Of a DNA stretch of 26,792 bases, positions 9,171 to 17,190 are shown piece by piece. Made by a program: the position numbers and the translations under genes. Positions within the stretch are counted from its first letter, which is position 1, and each line of letters opens with the position of its first letter. The notes beneath the pieces are model-generated. The model was not told the origin of the DNA, did not search any database, and was given only the letters and a program-made list of their open reading frames with translations. This DNA comes from an uncultured Methanosarcinales archaeon (GTDB lineage Archaea; Nanobdellota; Nanobdellia; Woesearchaeales; CAYNQH01): contig CAYNQH010000001.1 of the NCBI GenBank assembly GCA_964399255.1, positions 1-26,792 of the forward strand. Reading direction: 5' to 3'.

Positions 9171-9829
9171 TTTGTCAGCCTCCACCATATCATGTTTAGC
9201 ACTATCTTTATACCGTCGATTACAGTAGTGCCTTTATATTTTTCGTTATATATCGTCTCTATAGGTATCTGAGAGTAACGAAGATCATGTTTTCCTGCCC
9301 TGGCGATCATCTCTGATTCCATGCTGTAGTCCTGAGCATCCCATCTTATCTTCCTGTAAGCCTCTCGTGTGAAGCACCTGTATCCTGACTGGGTATCCTT
9401 TAGGCTTATGCCATACAATATCCTTACGCAGGTGCTTATGAACCAGTTTCCATAGCGTAGTATAAAAGGCATATTCTTGTCAAGGCTCCTGTAGCCGAAC
9501 ACTATATCATTATCATTTATCTCTTTAAGAAACCTCGGGATGTCTTCAGGCTTATGCTGGCCGTCTGCATCGATAGCTATGATGACCTTTGCGCCTTTTG
9601 AGATCGCATAGTCACATCCTGTCTTCAATGCTGCCCCTTTCCCAAGGTTCACGACATGCCTTAAAGCAACAGCTCCTGATCCATCTGCAATATCATATGT
9701 TTTATCCTTAGAACCATCGTCAACTACAATTATGTCCTTGATGTATCTTTTTGTCTTCCTTATTACCTCTCCGATCATTCTCTCTTCATTGTACCCTGGG
9801 ATTACAGCGAAGACATTCTTATTTTTCAT
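9167..9829 (-). CDS. Glycosyltransferase family 2, polyprenol-phosphate sugar synthase-like
   Basis: IPGYNEE, VVDDGSKD, NLGKGAALKTG, DADGQH (DxD), DTQSGYRCF, YSMESEM. Confidence 0.92.
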   Translation of the reverse strand: MKNKNVFAVIPGYNEERMIGEVIRKTKRYIKDIIVVDDGSKDKTYDIADGSGAVALRHVVNLGKGAALKTGCDYAISKGAKVIIAIDADGQHKPEDIPRFLKEINDNDIVFGYRSLDKNMPFILRYGNWFISTCVRILYGISLKDTQSGYRCFTREAYRKIRWDAQDYSMESEMIARAGKHDLRYSQIPIETIYNEKYKGTTVIDGIKIVLNMIWWRLTK

Positions 9830-9830
9830 C

Positions 9831-12800
9831 CTAACTGACTATGACTACAGCACCATCCTCTTCATCATCAAGTCCCTGATCTCCCTGTACAGATGAATCT
9901 CCTAAATTTTCTGATTCGTCAGAAGTGTTTGCAGGGTAGTTGCCTGTTTCTTCTTTTGGTAATGCTGTTGCCCCCTCTTTTTCTTCATCTATATTCTTCC
10001 TTCCTGTAAGCTTTATTATATGATATCCGAACTGGGTCTGGATTATGTCTGATACTTCTCCTATCTTCATGCTGAAGGCTGAGTTCTCAAATTCAGGTAT
10101 CATGACGCCTCGCTTGAACCATCCTAGATCCCCTCCTGTCTGGGCTGATCCTGTATCAAGAGATCTGTTCTTTGCAAGATCTGCGAAGTCCTCGCCTTCA
10201 TCAAGAAACCCTTTTATCTCTTCTGCCTCTTCTTTTGTGCTCACAAGGATATGGCTTGCCCTCACCTCTATCTTGGAATCTTCCTGCTGGATTATGTCCT
10301 GCATTATATTTGCGTCAGCTCCTTCCCAGTCGACCTTCCATGTCTTTATATTAAGGCCTGTGATGTCTGTCTGGTCATGGAAAAGGTCAAAATGCTTCAG
10401 CCCATGCCCTTTGAAATAGAAAAGCCTGGTGAACATGCTCATAGCAAGCTCTGATGACATCCATAAGCTGGAATAGCCTAATCCCTGAGGTATTATAGCC
10501 ACTGAGATGCCTATGTTATTCTTGATATACTTCTTCTGATACACTCCAGTCTTATTGGCATATACAAGTATATCCGGATACATCGTGCCTTGAGGAGTAG
10601 GTATCTCAGCTTCCCATGTGTCTGTATCTACAAGAACCCTTATCTGGCCTCCGCCTCTTACTGCGCTTACGCAGTCAAGCTTGTTGTCAGTCTTCTTGCA
10701 GCCTGTGACTCCGCTTACATAGCCAGGCCATGAAGCTATCCAGTCGTTTACTTCTCTGCTTCCGCTCAATGCTTTGGCCTCATAATACAACTGTTCTGTC
10801 TTATCTTCACTCTCGTTTATCTCTTCTGCTATCTCTGAGATGCTCTTTATGCCTCTCTTGGCCCTATAGAATATTGTTGCCTTCTTGAAGTCCCATAGCC
10901 CGAAATGGCCCCATACTCCTGCCTTTCCTACCATGTCTTCTGAGGTGATATAGAACGCTTCAGGAGGATTGCAATAGGTATTCCTGATTATACTGTCAAT
11001 ATCCTTCTTAGATATCCCATAGCTCTCAAGCTTTTCAATAGCTGCTTCTTTGTCAAGTACAAGGATCTCATACAGGATTTCGATGGACCTATCAGTATTA
11101 TTCTTTGTTGCATTGAACATTATGTCAAATGCATTGTTCGCTCCGCAGTCAAGCATCCTTAAGATGCCCATAGCCAGATCCTCATCATCGGTCTGCAATG
11201 ATTTTCCGACCCAATGGGCCTGAGGAGTATCCTGTGATGTCCCGTCAAATGTGACTGGCCTGTCAGCCATGGCCTTGAACCAGTGCCCGAAATCCCACCA
11301 TGAGGTTATGATAGCGTTAGGCTCAGAGTTCTGCTTTATCTTTGTCAGAGAGTCATACCATGCATCATTGAAGCTGGGGATCTCATTTAATGCAGTAGCG
11401 TAGCCCATCTTTATAGGTGCTATGAGCAGAAGTCCGAAAAGCAGCACGATTGCGATCTTTGATACTGTCTCATTAAGATCCAGGCCTTTTGAAGCCCATT
11501 TTGAGGCATATTGGGATATGATGCCTGCAGCTGCTCCGAAGGCTATGCTGAATGCAGGCACTACAAGGAGAGTCCATCTTATACCTTTAGTCGTTGCATA
11601 TAATGTTGCGACAAACCATATGGTCAATATTATTGCATATCTAACTTCCCTATTCCCGTTCTTATCCTTCCTAAACATGGTAAGGATAACGCCTATTATT
11701 GCTATTGCCAAGAGCAAGTTTCCTCCAAGGGAGAGTATTGTCTGGTCAAAGGAAGTCTCATTCTGCTCAGCCACTGTAGTAAGTACATTAGGCCAGATCT
11801 TCTGTGTAGCTACATCCTTTATCTGGCTGAATCCTAAGGGTGACATGAATGAACGTGCGAAATTTCCAGAGTCTGTGAATAATGATGTGAATATCCCGCT
11901 TGATATAAGGAACACGCCTAATACTATAAGGCCTGTCTTTATCTGCTGGACATCCCATAGCTCTGAGATGCTCTTCTTTACCTTTGTTATCTTGTCTGCA
12001 GCGTGATATATCATGTATAAGCCTAATGAGGCGATCATAAAGAGGAATATATGCCACCATCCTCCCCAGGAGAAGCTATACATTCCCACAAGGAATCCTG
12101 CGATAGTTCCAAGCAGAACTTTCCATCTGTTATCTTTAGCATCGATAGATTCTATCACGAACCAGGTTATTATAAGAGGGAATAATATGTTGTAAGCGTC
12201 TGTGTCTGCAAATCCTCCTACAGTCCTTGTCAGGAATGAAGGATGGACTGCTATCAGCATGGATGAGAAGAATCCTGCGACATTCCCCCCTATCTTCCTT
12301 GCGATGAAGAATGCAGGGATCACGCATAATGCTGACAAGAGCACTGGGACGTAGAATGCAAGCTTCATAAGATAAAGATCTCCGAAGAAGATATGCATTA
12401 TCTTGAACAGGTATGCTTCAAAGTATGAGTTGAATACATCTCCAGGTATTACCCTTCCTATAGGCGCAAGCATATGGGTATCATAAGGCTTGCCATCTCT
12501 TAATTCGTCTCCTACATGCCCTCTTTCAAGTATGTTCTCTGAATGCAGAAGCCAGAAATATGGATCGATAGCAAGGAGATATGTCTGCCCTTTATCATCC
12601 TGGAAATGGGACTTGAAATATGCAGAGCTCTGCTTGACCTGCTCTTCTATCTGGGCCTTATTGGCCTTCTCGAATTCTGCAAACTTCTCATCTATCATAG
12701 CTGCCTTGTTGGCATCTGGCAGGTTAGGATATTTCTGGTCGATCTCAGCCTTTATCTGGTTCTTGTAGAAGTTCACTACATTGTTTTCTGCCCATGAATC

Positions 12801-13373
12801 TGTAATCGGGAGATATGCTGGCTGCACCCTTAGGAATATGCTGAGCAATAAGGGTATCAGGATTAGCATGAATATTATAGTCTTGTTGTGCTCTTTCAGG
12901 CTCTTTGCGCTGAACATATCCTTGACCTTTCCGAAGTCAATAGATAGGTCCTCTTCATCTGACTCTTCTTTTTTATCCTTCTGCGACCTTGATTTATTGT
13001 TTCCTTTGAACAGGTTGGTAATCTTGCTGAAATCTATCGAGACCTCGTCTTCATCTTCTTTTTCTTCTGTGAGCTTCTTCTCTACCTTTTCGATCTTCTT
13101 GACAGCCTTTTCTTTTATCTTATCAGCCTTCTTGTCCTCTTTCTTCAGCTGTTCTGCTGCCTGTTCTTTTATCTCTTCGACCTGCTCTTCGGCTTCCTTG
13201 AGGTCTTCTATCTTTTCCTCTTCCTTCGCTATCTGCTTCTCGATCTTTGCCTCTACCTTGTCTGCTTTCTTGTCGATATCTTCGGCCTTTTTCTTGCCTT
13301 TAAAGAAGTTAGTAACTTTGCTGAAATCTATAGAAATTTCTTCGTCTTCATCTCTATGCTCTTTTTCTGACAT
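9831..13373 (-). CDS. aglB: Oligosaccharyltransferase AglB (STT3 family) with acidic repeat-bearing N-terminal extension and C-terminal parvulin PPIase domain
   Basis: AIDPY, FADTDAY, TTVAEQ and SWWDFGHWF motifs with about 13 TM segments. Parvulin signature at 9996-10271. Start moved from TTG 13487 to ATG 13373, which has GGGGG 7 nt upstream and avoids overlap with the reductase gene. Confidence 0.95.
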   Translation of the reverse strand: MSEKEHRDEDEEISIDFSKVTNFFKGKKKAEDIDKKADKVEAKIEKQIAKEEEKIEDLKEAEEQVEEIKEQAAEQLKKEDKKADKIKEKAVKKIEKVEKKLTEEKEDEDEVSIDFSKITNLFKGNNKSRSQKDKKEESDEEDLSIDFGKVKDMFSAKSLKEHNKTIIFMLILIPLLLSIFLRVQPAYLPITDSWAENNVVNFYKNQIKAEIDQKYPNLPDANKAAMIDEKFAEFEKANKAQIEEQVKQSSAYFKSHFQDDKGQTYLLAIDPYFWLLHSENILERGHVGDELRDGKPYDTHMLAPIGRVIPGDVFNSYFEAYLFKIMHIFFGDLYLMKLAFYVPVLLSALCVIPAFFIARKIGGNVAGFFSSMLIAVHPSFLTRTVGGFADTDAYNILFPLIITWFVIESIDAKDNRWKVLLGTIAGFLVGMYSFSWGGWWHIFLFMIASLGLYMIYHAADKITKVKKSISELWDVQQIKTGLIVLGVFLISSGIFTSLFTDSGNFARSFMSPLGFSQIKDVATQKIWPNVLTTVAEQNETSFDQTILSLGGNLLLAIAIIGVILTMFRKDKNGNREVRYAIILTIWFVATLYATTKGIRWTLLVVPAFSIAFGAAAGIISQYASKWASKGLDLNETVSKIAIVLLFGLLLIAPIKMGYATALNEIPSFNDAWYDSLTKIKQNSEPNAIITSWWDFGHWFKAMADRPVTFDGTSQDTPQAHWVGKSLQTDDEDLAMGILRMLDCGANNAFDIMFNATKNNTDRSIEILYEILVLDKEAAIEKLESYGISKKDIDSIIRNTYCNPPEAFYITSEDMVGKAGVWGHFGLWDFKKATIFYRAKRGIKSISEIAEEINESEDKTEQLYYEAKALSGSREVNDWIASWPGYVSGVTGCKKTDNKLDCVSAVRGGGQIRVLVDTDTWEAEIPTPQGTMYPDILVYANKTGVYQKKYIKNNIGISVAIIPQGLGYSSLWMSSELAMSMFTRLFYFKGHGLKHFDLFHDQTDITGLNIKTWKVDWEGADANIMQDIIQQEDSKIEVRASHILVSTKEEAEEIKGFLDEGEDFADLAKNRSLDTGSAQTGGDLGWFKRGVMIPEFENSAFSMKIGEVSDIIQTQFGYHIIKLTGRKNIDEEKEGATALPKEETGNYPANTSDESENLGDSSVQGDQGLDDEEDGAVVIVS
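12912..13352 (-). repeat. Three imperfect 17-codon protein repeats (acidic-SIDFxK-xxxF) in the AglB N-terminus
   Basis: DEDEEISIDFSKVTNFF (13302-13352), EDEDEVSIDFSKITNLF (13008-13058), SDEEDLSIDFGKVKDMF (12912-12962). Confidence 0.9.
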
Positions 13374-13418
13374 ATTAAAACCCCCAATAATATGATTATA
13401 ATGTGAAAATAGGTTCTG

Positions 13419-13426
13419 TTTATAAA
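13419..13426 (-). promoter_or_regulatory. Putative archaeal TATA box for the aglB operon
   Basis: TTTATAAA about 46 nt upstream of ATG 13373, in the reductase-aglB gap. Confidence 0.5.
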
Positions 13427-13467
13427 GGTTTCCGTGGTTGGAACGCTTGTTCCATGTTATAATAAGG

Positions 13468-14556
13468 TCATATAACCTTTCTGGCAAACAATAGCAGCCT
13501 TGGTTCTCTTATTGCCAGTTTCAACAATGATCCTGATGCTTTATCCCTGTCGAAATTCCTGAAGAATTCCTTGTTTTTCTTCCTGCTGAGCAGGCTTATG
13601 ATCTTGTTATAATCTTTATCAGAGAACCTGTTGAGCATGTTTCTCACCCTCAGATGGGTGTTCAGCTCTTTGCCAACTGTCTTTTTCCAGGCTTTCTCAT
13701 AACTTTTCCCTGATATTATCGCTTCTGCAAGCTTTTCTGCAGCCTTAAGACCAGGTATGATGCCTCCTCCTGTAGTGGCTTTCACTTGTGTTGCAGCATC
13801 ACCTACAAGGTAGACCTTGATGTTCTTCTTTATAAGCTGGGTCTGAAGCCTTGGATTATATATAGGGATAAGCCCTGCCTGTATCTCTAGCTTGTCTTCA
13901 TTCATGGAAAGGAATGAGCTGAAATATTTCCTTGTGGATCTTTTTGTCGCAAGCCCTATCCTTGAGATATCTTTTGACTCAGGGACAGACCATGCAAAGA
14001 ACCCAGGGCATACATCCCCTGTGTAGACCTCAAATGTGCCTGGGTGTTTCCTTACCTTGACCCTGGCCTGGAGCCCTATAAGGTAATGTCTAGCTCCCTT
14101 CATCCCGAATGCTTTAGCTGTAGGAGAAAGAGGGCCGTCAGCGCCTATGACTATGTCTGGGGAGGTTATGACCTCCTTACCTTTGCTTATGAACCTTAGC
14201 TTGTTGTTCTGTTGGCCTATAAACTTATGCTCTGCATGGACCTTTGCGCCTGCTTTCTTAGCTTTATTCACCAATGATACATCAAACTTTTTCCTGTCTA
14301 TGATTATGTCACTTACTGGGAGGTCTATGTATTCCTTATTCGGGGCGAATATCCTTGCATTGTTTATCTTATTGACCACTAAATTTTTATCTAGTTTTAT
14401 GATGTCACTGATAGAAGAGGTCACTATGCCTGTACATTGTACAGGGCTCCCTATGTCTTTATGCTCTTCATAAAGGTTTACATCAAATCCTTCTTTTGCA
14501 AGCAGGTAGGCTGTATAGGCTCCGGCAGGCCCAGCCCCTATAATATTTATATTCAT
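13468..14556 (-). CDS. Geranylgeranyl reductase family FAD-dependent oxidoreductase
   Basis: IIGAGPAG Rossmann motif, PVQCTG, IDRKKFD, IGADG, FFAWSVP, LVGDAATQVKATTGGGI. Confidence 0.9.
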   Translation of the reverse strand: MNINIIGAGPAGAYTAYLLAKEGFDVNLYEEHKDIGSPVQCTGIVTSSISDIIKLDKNLVVNKINNARIFAPNKEYIDLPVSDIIIDRKKFDVSLVNKAKKAGAKVHAEHKFIGQQNNKLRFISKGKEVITSPDIVIGADGPLSPTAKAFGMKGARHYLIGLQARVKVRKHPGTFEVYTGDVCPGFFAWSVPESKDISRIGLATKRSTRKYFSSFLSMNEDKLEIQAGLIPIYNPRLQTQLIKKNIKVYLVGDAATQVKATTGGGIIPGLKAAEKLAEAIISGKSYEKAWKKTVGKELNTHLRVRNMLNRFSDKDYNKIISLLSRKKNKEFFRNFDRDKASGSLLKLAIREPRLLLFARKVI

Positions 14557-14692
14557 GGCTTTTTTTATTGCTTGGTTATATATATTATTTTGGATTATTC
14601 TCTAGTATAACAAACTTTAAATACCACCCCCTAACTTCTTTGTGACTTAATAATAATAATGAGTTTTTTTTACTACATCATACTAACAAAAA

Positions 14693-14707
14693 CGAAAAGT
14701 TTATATA
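14693..14707 (+). promoter_or_regulatory. BRE + TATA promoter of the surface-protein gene
   Basis: CGAAAAG-TTTATATA, about 90 nt upstream of ATG 14797. Confidence 0.7.
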
Positions 14708-14781
14708 GAAGGGGCGATTTAGATAACCTGTTTTTTGGGGGTTATAAATTTTAATTTAACATTTAAGATTAATTATCTTTA

Positions 14782-14788
14782 AGGAGGT
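14782..14788 (+). promoter_or_regulatory. Strong Shine-Dalgarno site
   Basis: AGGAGGT 8 nt upstream of ATG 14797. Confidence 0.8.
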
Positions 14789-14796
14789 AGATTGGG

Positions 14797-16182
14797 ATGA
14801 AGAAGAGCTTTACAATTGGGGGGTTGATGATACTTCTCATAGCCTTGATGTTCGCCCTACCAGCCTATTCCGCAGGAAACTTCGGTAACCAGATAGGCTT
14901 GAAGATGGTGGAACTTAAGGTCGACGGAGACATCATAACCGATGATGAGATAGTGAGAACACAGTTCAACAGGAATCAGGAACTTGATATCAAGGTCCGT
15001 GTGCAGTCAGACATGAACACCACAACAGAGAATGTTGAAGTCACTGCAATGATACTAGGAGACGAGCATTATGAGATCTCGGATTCTACAGACACATTTG
15101 ATATGGAGCCAGGGGTTGTCTATACAAAGACCCTTTCACTTGCGCTTCCAGATATAATGGACAAGGACAATTATAAATTGAGGATACTTGTTGCAGACAG
15201 GTATGGTGCTGCAAACATATACAACTATAACCTCAAGATAACCTCAGAGAGGCATGACATGATCGTAAAGGATGTGTCTTTCACTCCAGAGAATGAGGTA
15301 ATAGCAGGAAGATCATTCCTTGCAGTCGTAAGGGTTAAGAACGTAGGAGACAGGTCTGAAGACAGCGTCAAGGTCAAGGTAGACATACCCGAGCTTGGCG
15401 TCAGCGCAACAGACTATATAGATGAGGTTGACCAGGAGGATTCTGAATCTTCAGAAGAGCTCTATATGAGGATACCTCAGTGCGCAAGACCTGGACAGTA
15501 TGAGGTAAGGGTCACTGTAGAGTATGATGACGGGTTCAAGCAGGAGAACCAGAAATACTACATAAATGTAGTTGATGCTCCGGAGAACCTTTGCGGTGCA
15601 GGATCAAACACTCCAGCAACCACAACTACTACGACTCCACTTCCAGACACTACTACAACGACCACGACTCCGCCTCCTCCAGCGCCAAAGACTATAATCA
15701 AGCTTGACGCACAGTCACAGACTGTCAAGATAGGAGAGGGTGGTTCGATATACCCTATAACGATAACTAATGAAGGCCCAACACCAAAGACCTACACGAT
15801 AACTGTAGATGGTGTAAGCACCTGGGCAGACGTGAGGATGAGCCCAAGCAACGTCTTGATCATAGACGGCGGAGAGTCCCAATCTGCATTCCTCTACGTA
15901 TCAGCTCTTGAAAGTGCTTCGCCAGGAGAGATGCCTTTCTCCATAACAGTTAGCTCAGACGGTAAGGTGCTTAAGCAGATCCCTCTTTCAGCAGATCTTA
16001 TAGAGCTGAAGGAAGACGAGGATAACACTGGAAGCATCAAGCAGGGTCTTGAGATAGGCCTCATAGTGCTTGTTGTGCTTCTGATCATCCTGGCTCTGGT
16101 CATAGGCTATTCAAAGATGAAGAAGTCTGAAGATCAGGAGATGGATGAGGACGAAGAGCTTACAGGGCAGACGTATTATTGA
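14797..16182 (+). CDS. Secreted, C-terminally anchored surface protein with Ig-like (CARDB/NEW3-like) domains; S-layer-like candidate
   Basis: Signal peptide MKKSFTIGGLMILLIALMFALPAYSA, beta-rich repeats (VRVKNVG, ITITNEG), Thr/Pro linker at 15610-15687, TM GLIVLVVLLIILALVIGY, acidic tail ending GQTYY, NTT sequon. Confidence 0.75.
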   Translation: MKKSFTIGGLMILLIALMFALPAYSAGNFGNQIGLKMVELKVDGDIITDDEIVRTQFNRNQELDIKVRVQSDMNTTTENVEVTAMILGDEHYEISDSTDTFDMEPGVVYTKTLSLALPDIMDKDNYKLRILVADRYGAANIYNYNLKITSERHDMIVKDVSFTPENEVIAGRSFLAVVRVKNVGDRSEDSVKVKVDIPELGVSATDYIDEVDQEDSESSEELYMRIPQCARPGQYEVRVTVEYDDGFKQENQKYYINVVDAPENLCGAGSNTPATTTTTTPLPDTTTTTTTPPPPAPKTIIKLDAQSQTVKIGEGGSIYPITITNEGPTPKTYTITVDGVSTWADVRMSPSNVLIIDGGESQSAFLYVSALESASPGEMPFSITVSSDGKVLKQIPLSADLIELKEDEDNTGSIKQGLEIGLIVLVVLLIILALVIGYSKMKKSEDQEMDEDEELTGQTYY

Positions 16183-16211
16183 TTTTTTCTTTTATTTTTT
16201 TCTCTATTTTT
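16183..16211 (+). terminator. Oligo-T tract terminator candidate
   Basis: TTTTTTCTTTTATTTTTTTCTCTATTTTT directly after the stop, between convergent genes. Confidence 0.5.
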
Positions 16212-16235
16212 CTAAACTGGTTGTATTATCATATT

Positions 16236-17105
16236 TCAGATAAACAGTATAGATGCGTATCCTACAGCATTGCTGTAATCATCTGCTATATCCCCGGAAG
16301 TGTAGTATGCAAGAAGATTAGCTTTGCATCCTTTTAGGATCTTCATCATGCAAGCTATGCTATACTTGCCGCAGATTGTAGCTTCTTTATCTTCGATGTA
16401 GCCTAAGAAACCTGATGGATCCATATCTTCTATGAACCTTATTGCACCCATGTCAAGATTCTTTAGCTTCTCCTTGACGCCGCTTACGAAAGGGATATAG
16501 CCGTAGCTTATCCCATAATGGGTAAAGTCAGAAGAGCATATTATCACTGCTTTCTTTCCATATTCTTTCATAGCCCTGCTTATCTTCTCTGCAGCTTCTT
16601 CATAGTCTTCAGTTATCATTATTGCAGCGATCTTAAGGTTGTCAAGCCTGTCTTTAGAGACGAACTGCAGGAAAGGGAGCTGGACCTCGATAGAATGCTC
16701 TCTCCCATGCGCCCTGTTGTTCTCAATAAGCCCCTTATTACGAAGTACCCCGATGAAATCCCTGTCTGTTCTTATCACTCCAAAAGGAGTGCTCCAGTCC
16801 AGGCTGCATGAGCAGCTATCTCCTGCGTAGGAATGGCTGTTACCCAGAAGGATATAGAGTTCAGGGAAATCTGATTCTGCGATCTCCTTGAAAGAGAATG
16901 CTGCTGCAGGTCCTGAGAACATATATCCTGCATGAGGCACTATGGCCCCTTTTATGGCCTTACGCTCTCTCTTACCAGGAAGCTTTCCCGGGCCGTGGAT
17001 AGATATGAAAGATCCTTTTATCTGCTCTTCAAGCTCCACGTCAAAGTCAGAATAGAACTGTCCTGCCACTAGAGGCTTTCTTGTTTCTCTGCTCTCTCCG
17101 GTCAT
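16236..17105 (-). CDS. amrB: AmmeMemoRadiSam system protein B / MEMO1 family
   Basis: VAGQFY, IVPHAGYMFSG, REHSIEVQLPFLQ, SSDFTHYG, TICG, VGYAS. Confidence 0.92.
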   Translation of the reverse strand: MTGESRETRKPLVAGQFYSDFDVELEEQIKGSFISIHGPGKLPGKRERKAIKGAIVPHAGYMFSGPAAAFSFKEIAESDFPELYILLGNSHSYAGDSCSCSLDWSTPFGVIRTDRDFIGVLRNKGLIENNRAHGREHSIEVQLPFLQFVSKDRLDNLKIAAIMITEDYEEAAEKISRAMKEYGKKAVIICSSDFTHYGISYGYIPFVSGVKEKLKNLDMGAIRFIEDMDPSGFLGYIEDKEATICGKYSIACMMKILKGCKANLLAYYTSGDIADDYSNAVGYASILFI

Positions 17106-17141
17106 GCTATTGTTTGTTTTTCTTCTGTATTTATATTTTTT

Positions 17142-17156
17142 GAAAACATTTAAATA
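17142..17156 (+). promoter_or_regulatory. BRE + TATA promoter
   Basis: GAAAACA-TTTAAATA about 35 nt upstream of ATG 17191. AGAGGGG SD-like site at 17181-17187. Confidence 0.6.
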
Positions 17157-17190
17157 CGATATCGGCTATTTTTAGATAAAAGAGGGGAAA

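Noticed and set aside
12781-13395. 204-aa plus-strand Ser/Phe-rich ORF
   Set aside because: It is the antisense shadow of the Glu/Lys/Asp-rich AglB N-terminus.
13440-13453. GGAAC-N4-GTTCC inverted repeat upstream of the aglB promoter
   Set aside because: A 5-bp stem is expected by chance, and no second copy was seen.
13374-13487. 38-codon N-terminal extension of AglB from TTG 13487
   Set aside because: It overlaps the reductase stop region and spans a TATA box. ATG 13373 has an SD-like GGGGG at normal spacing.
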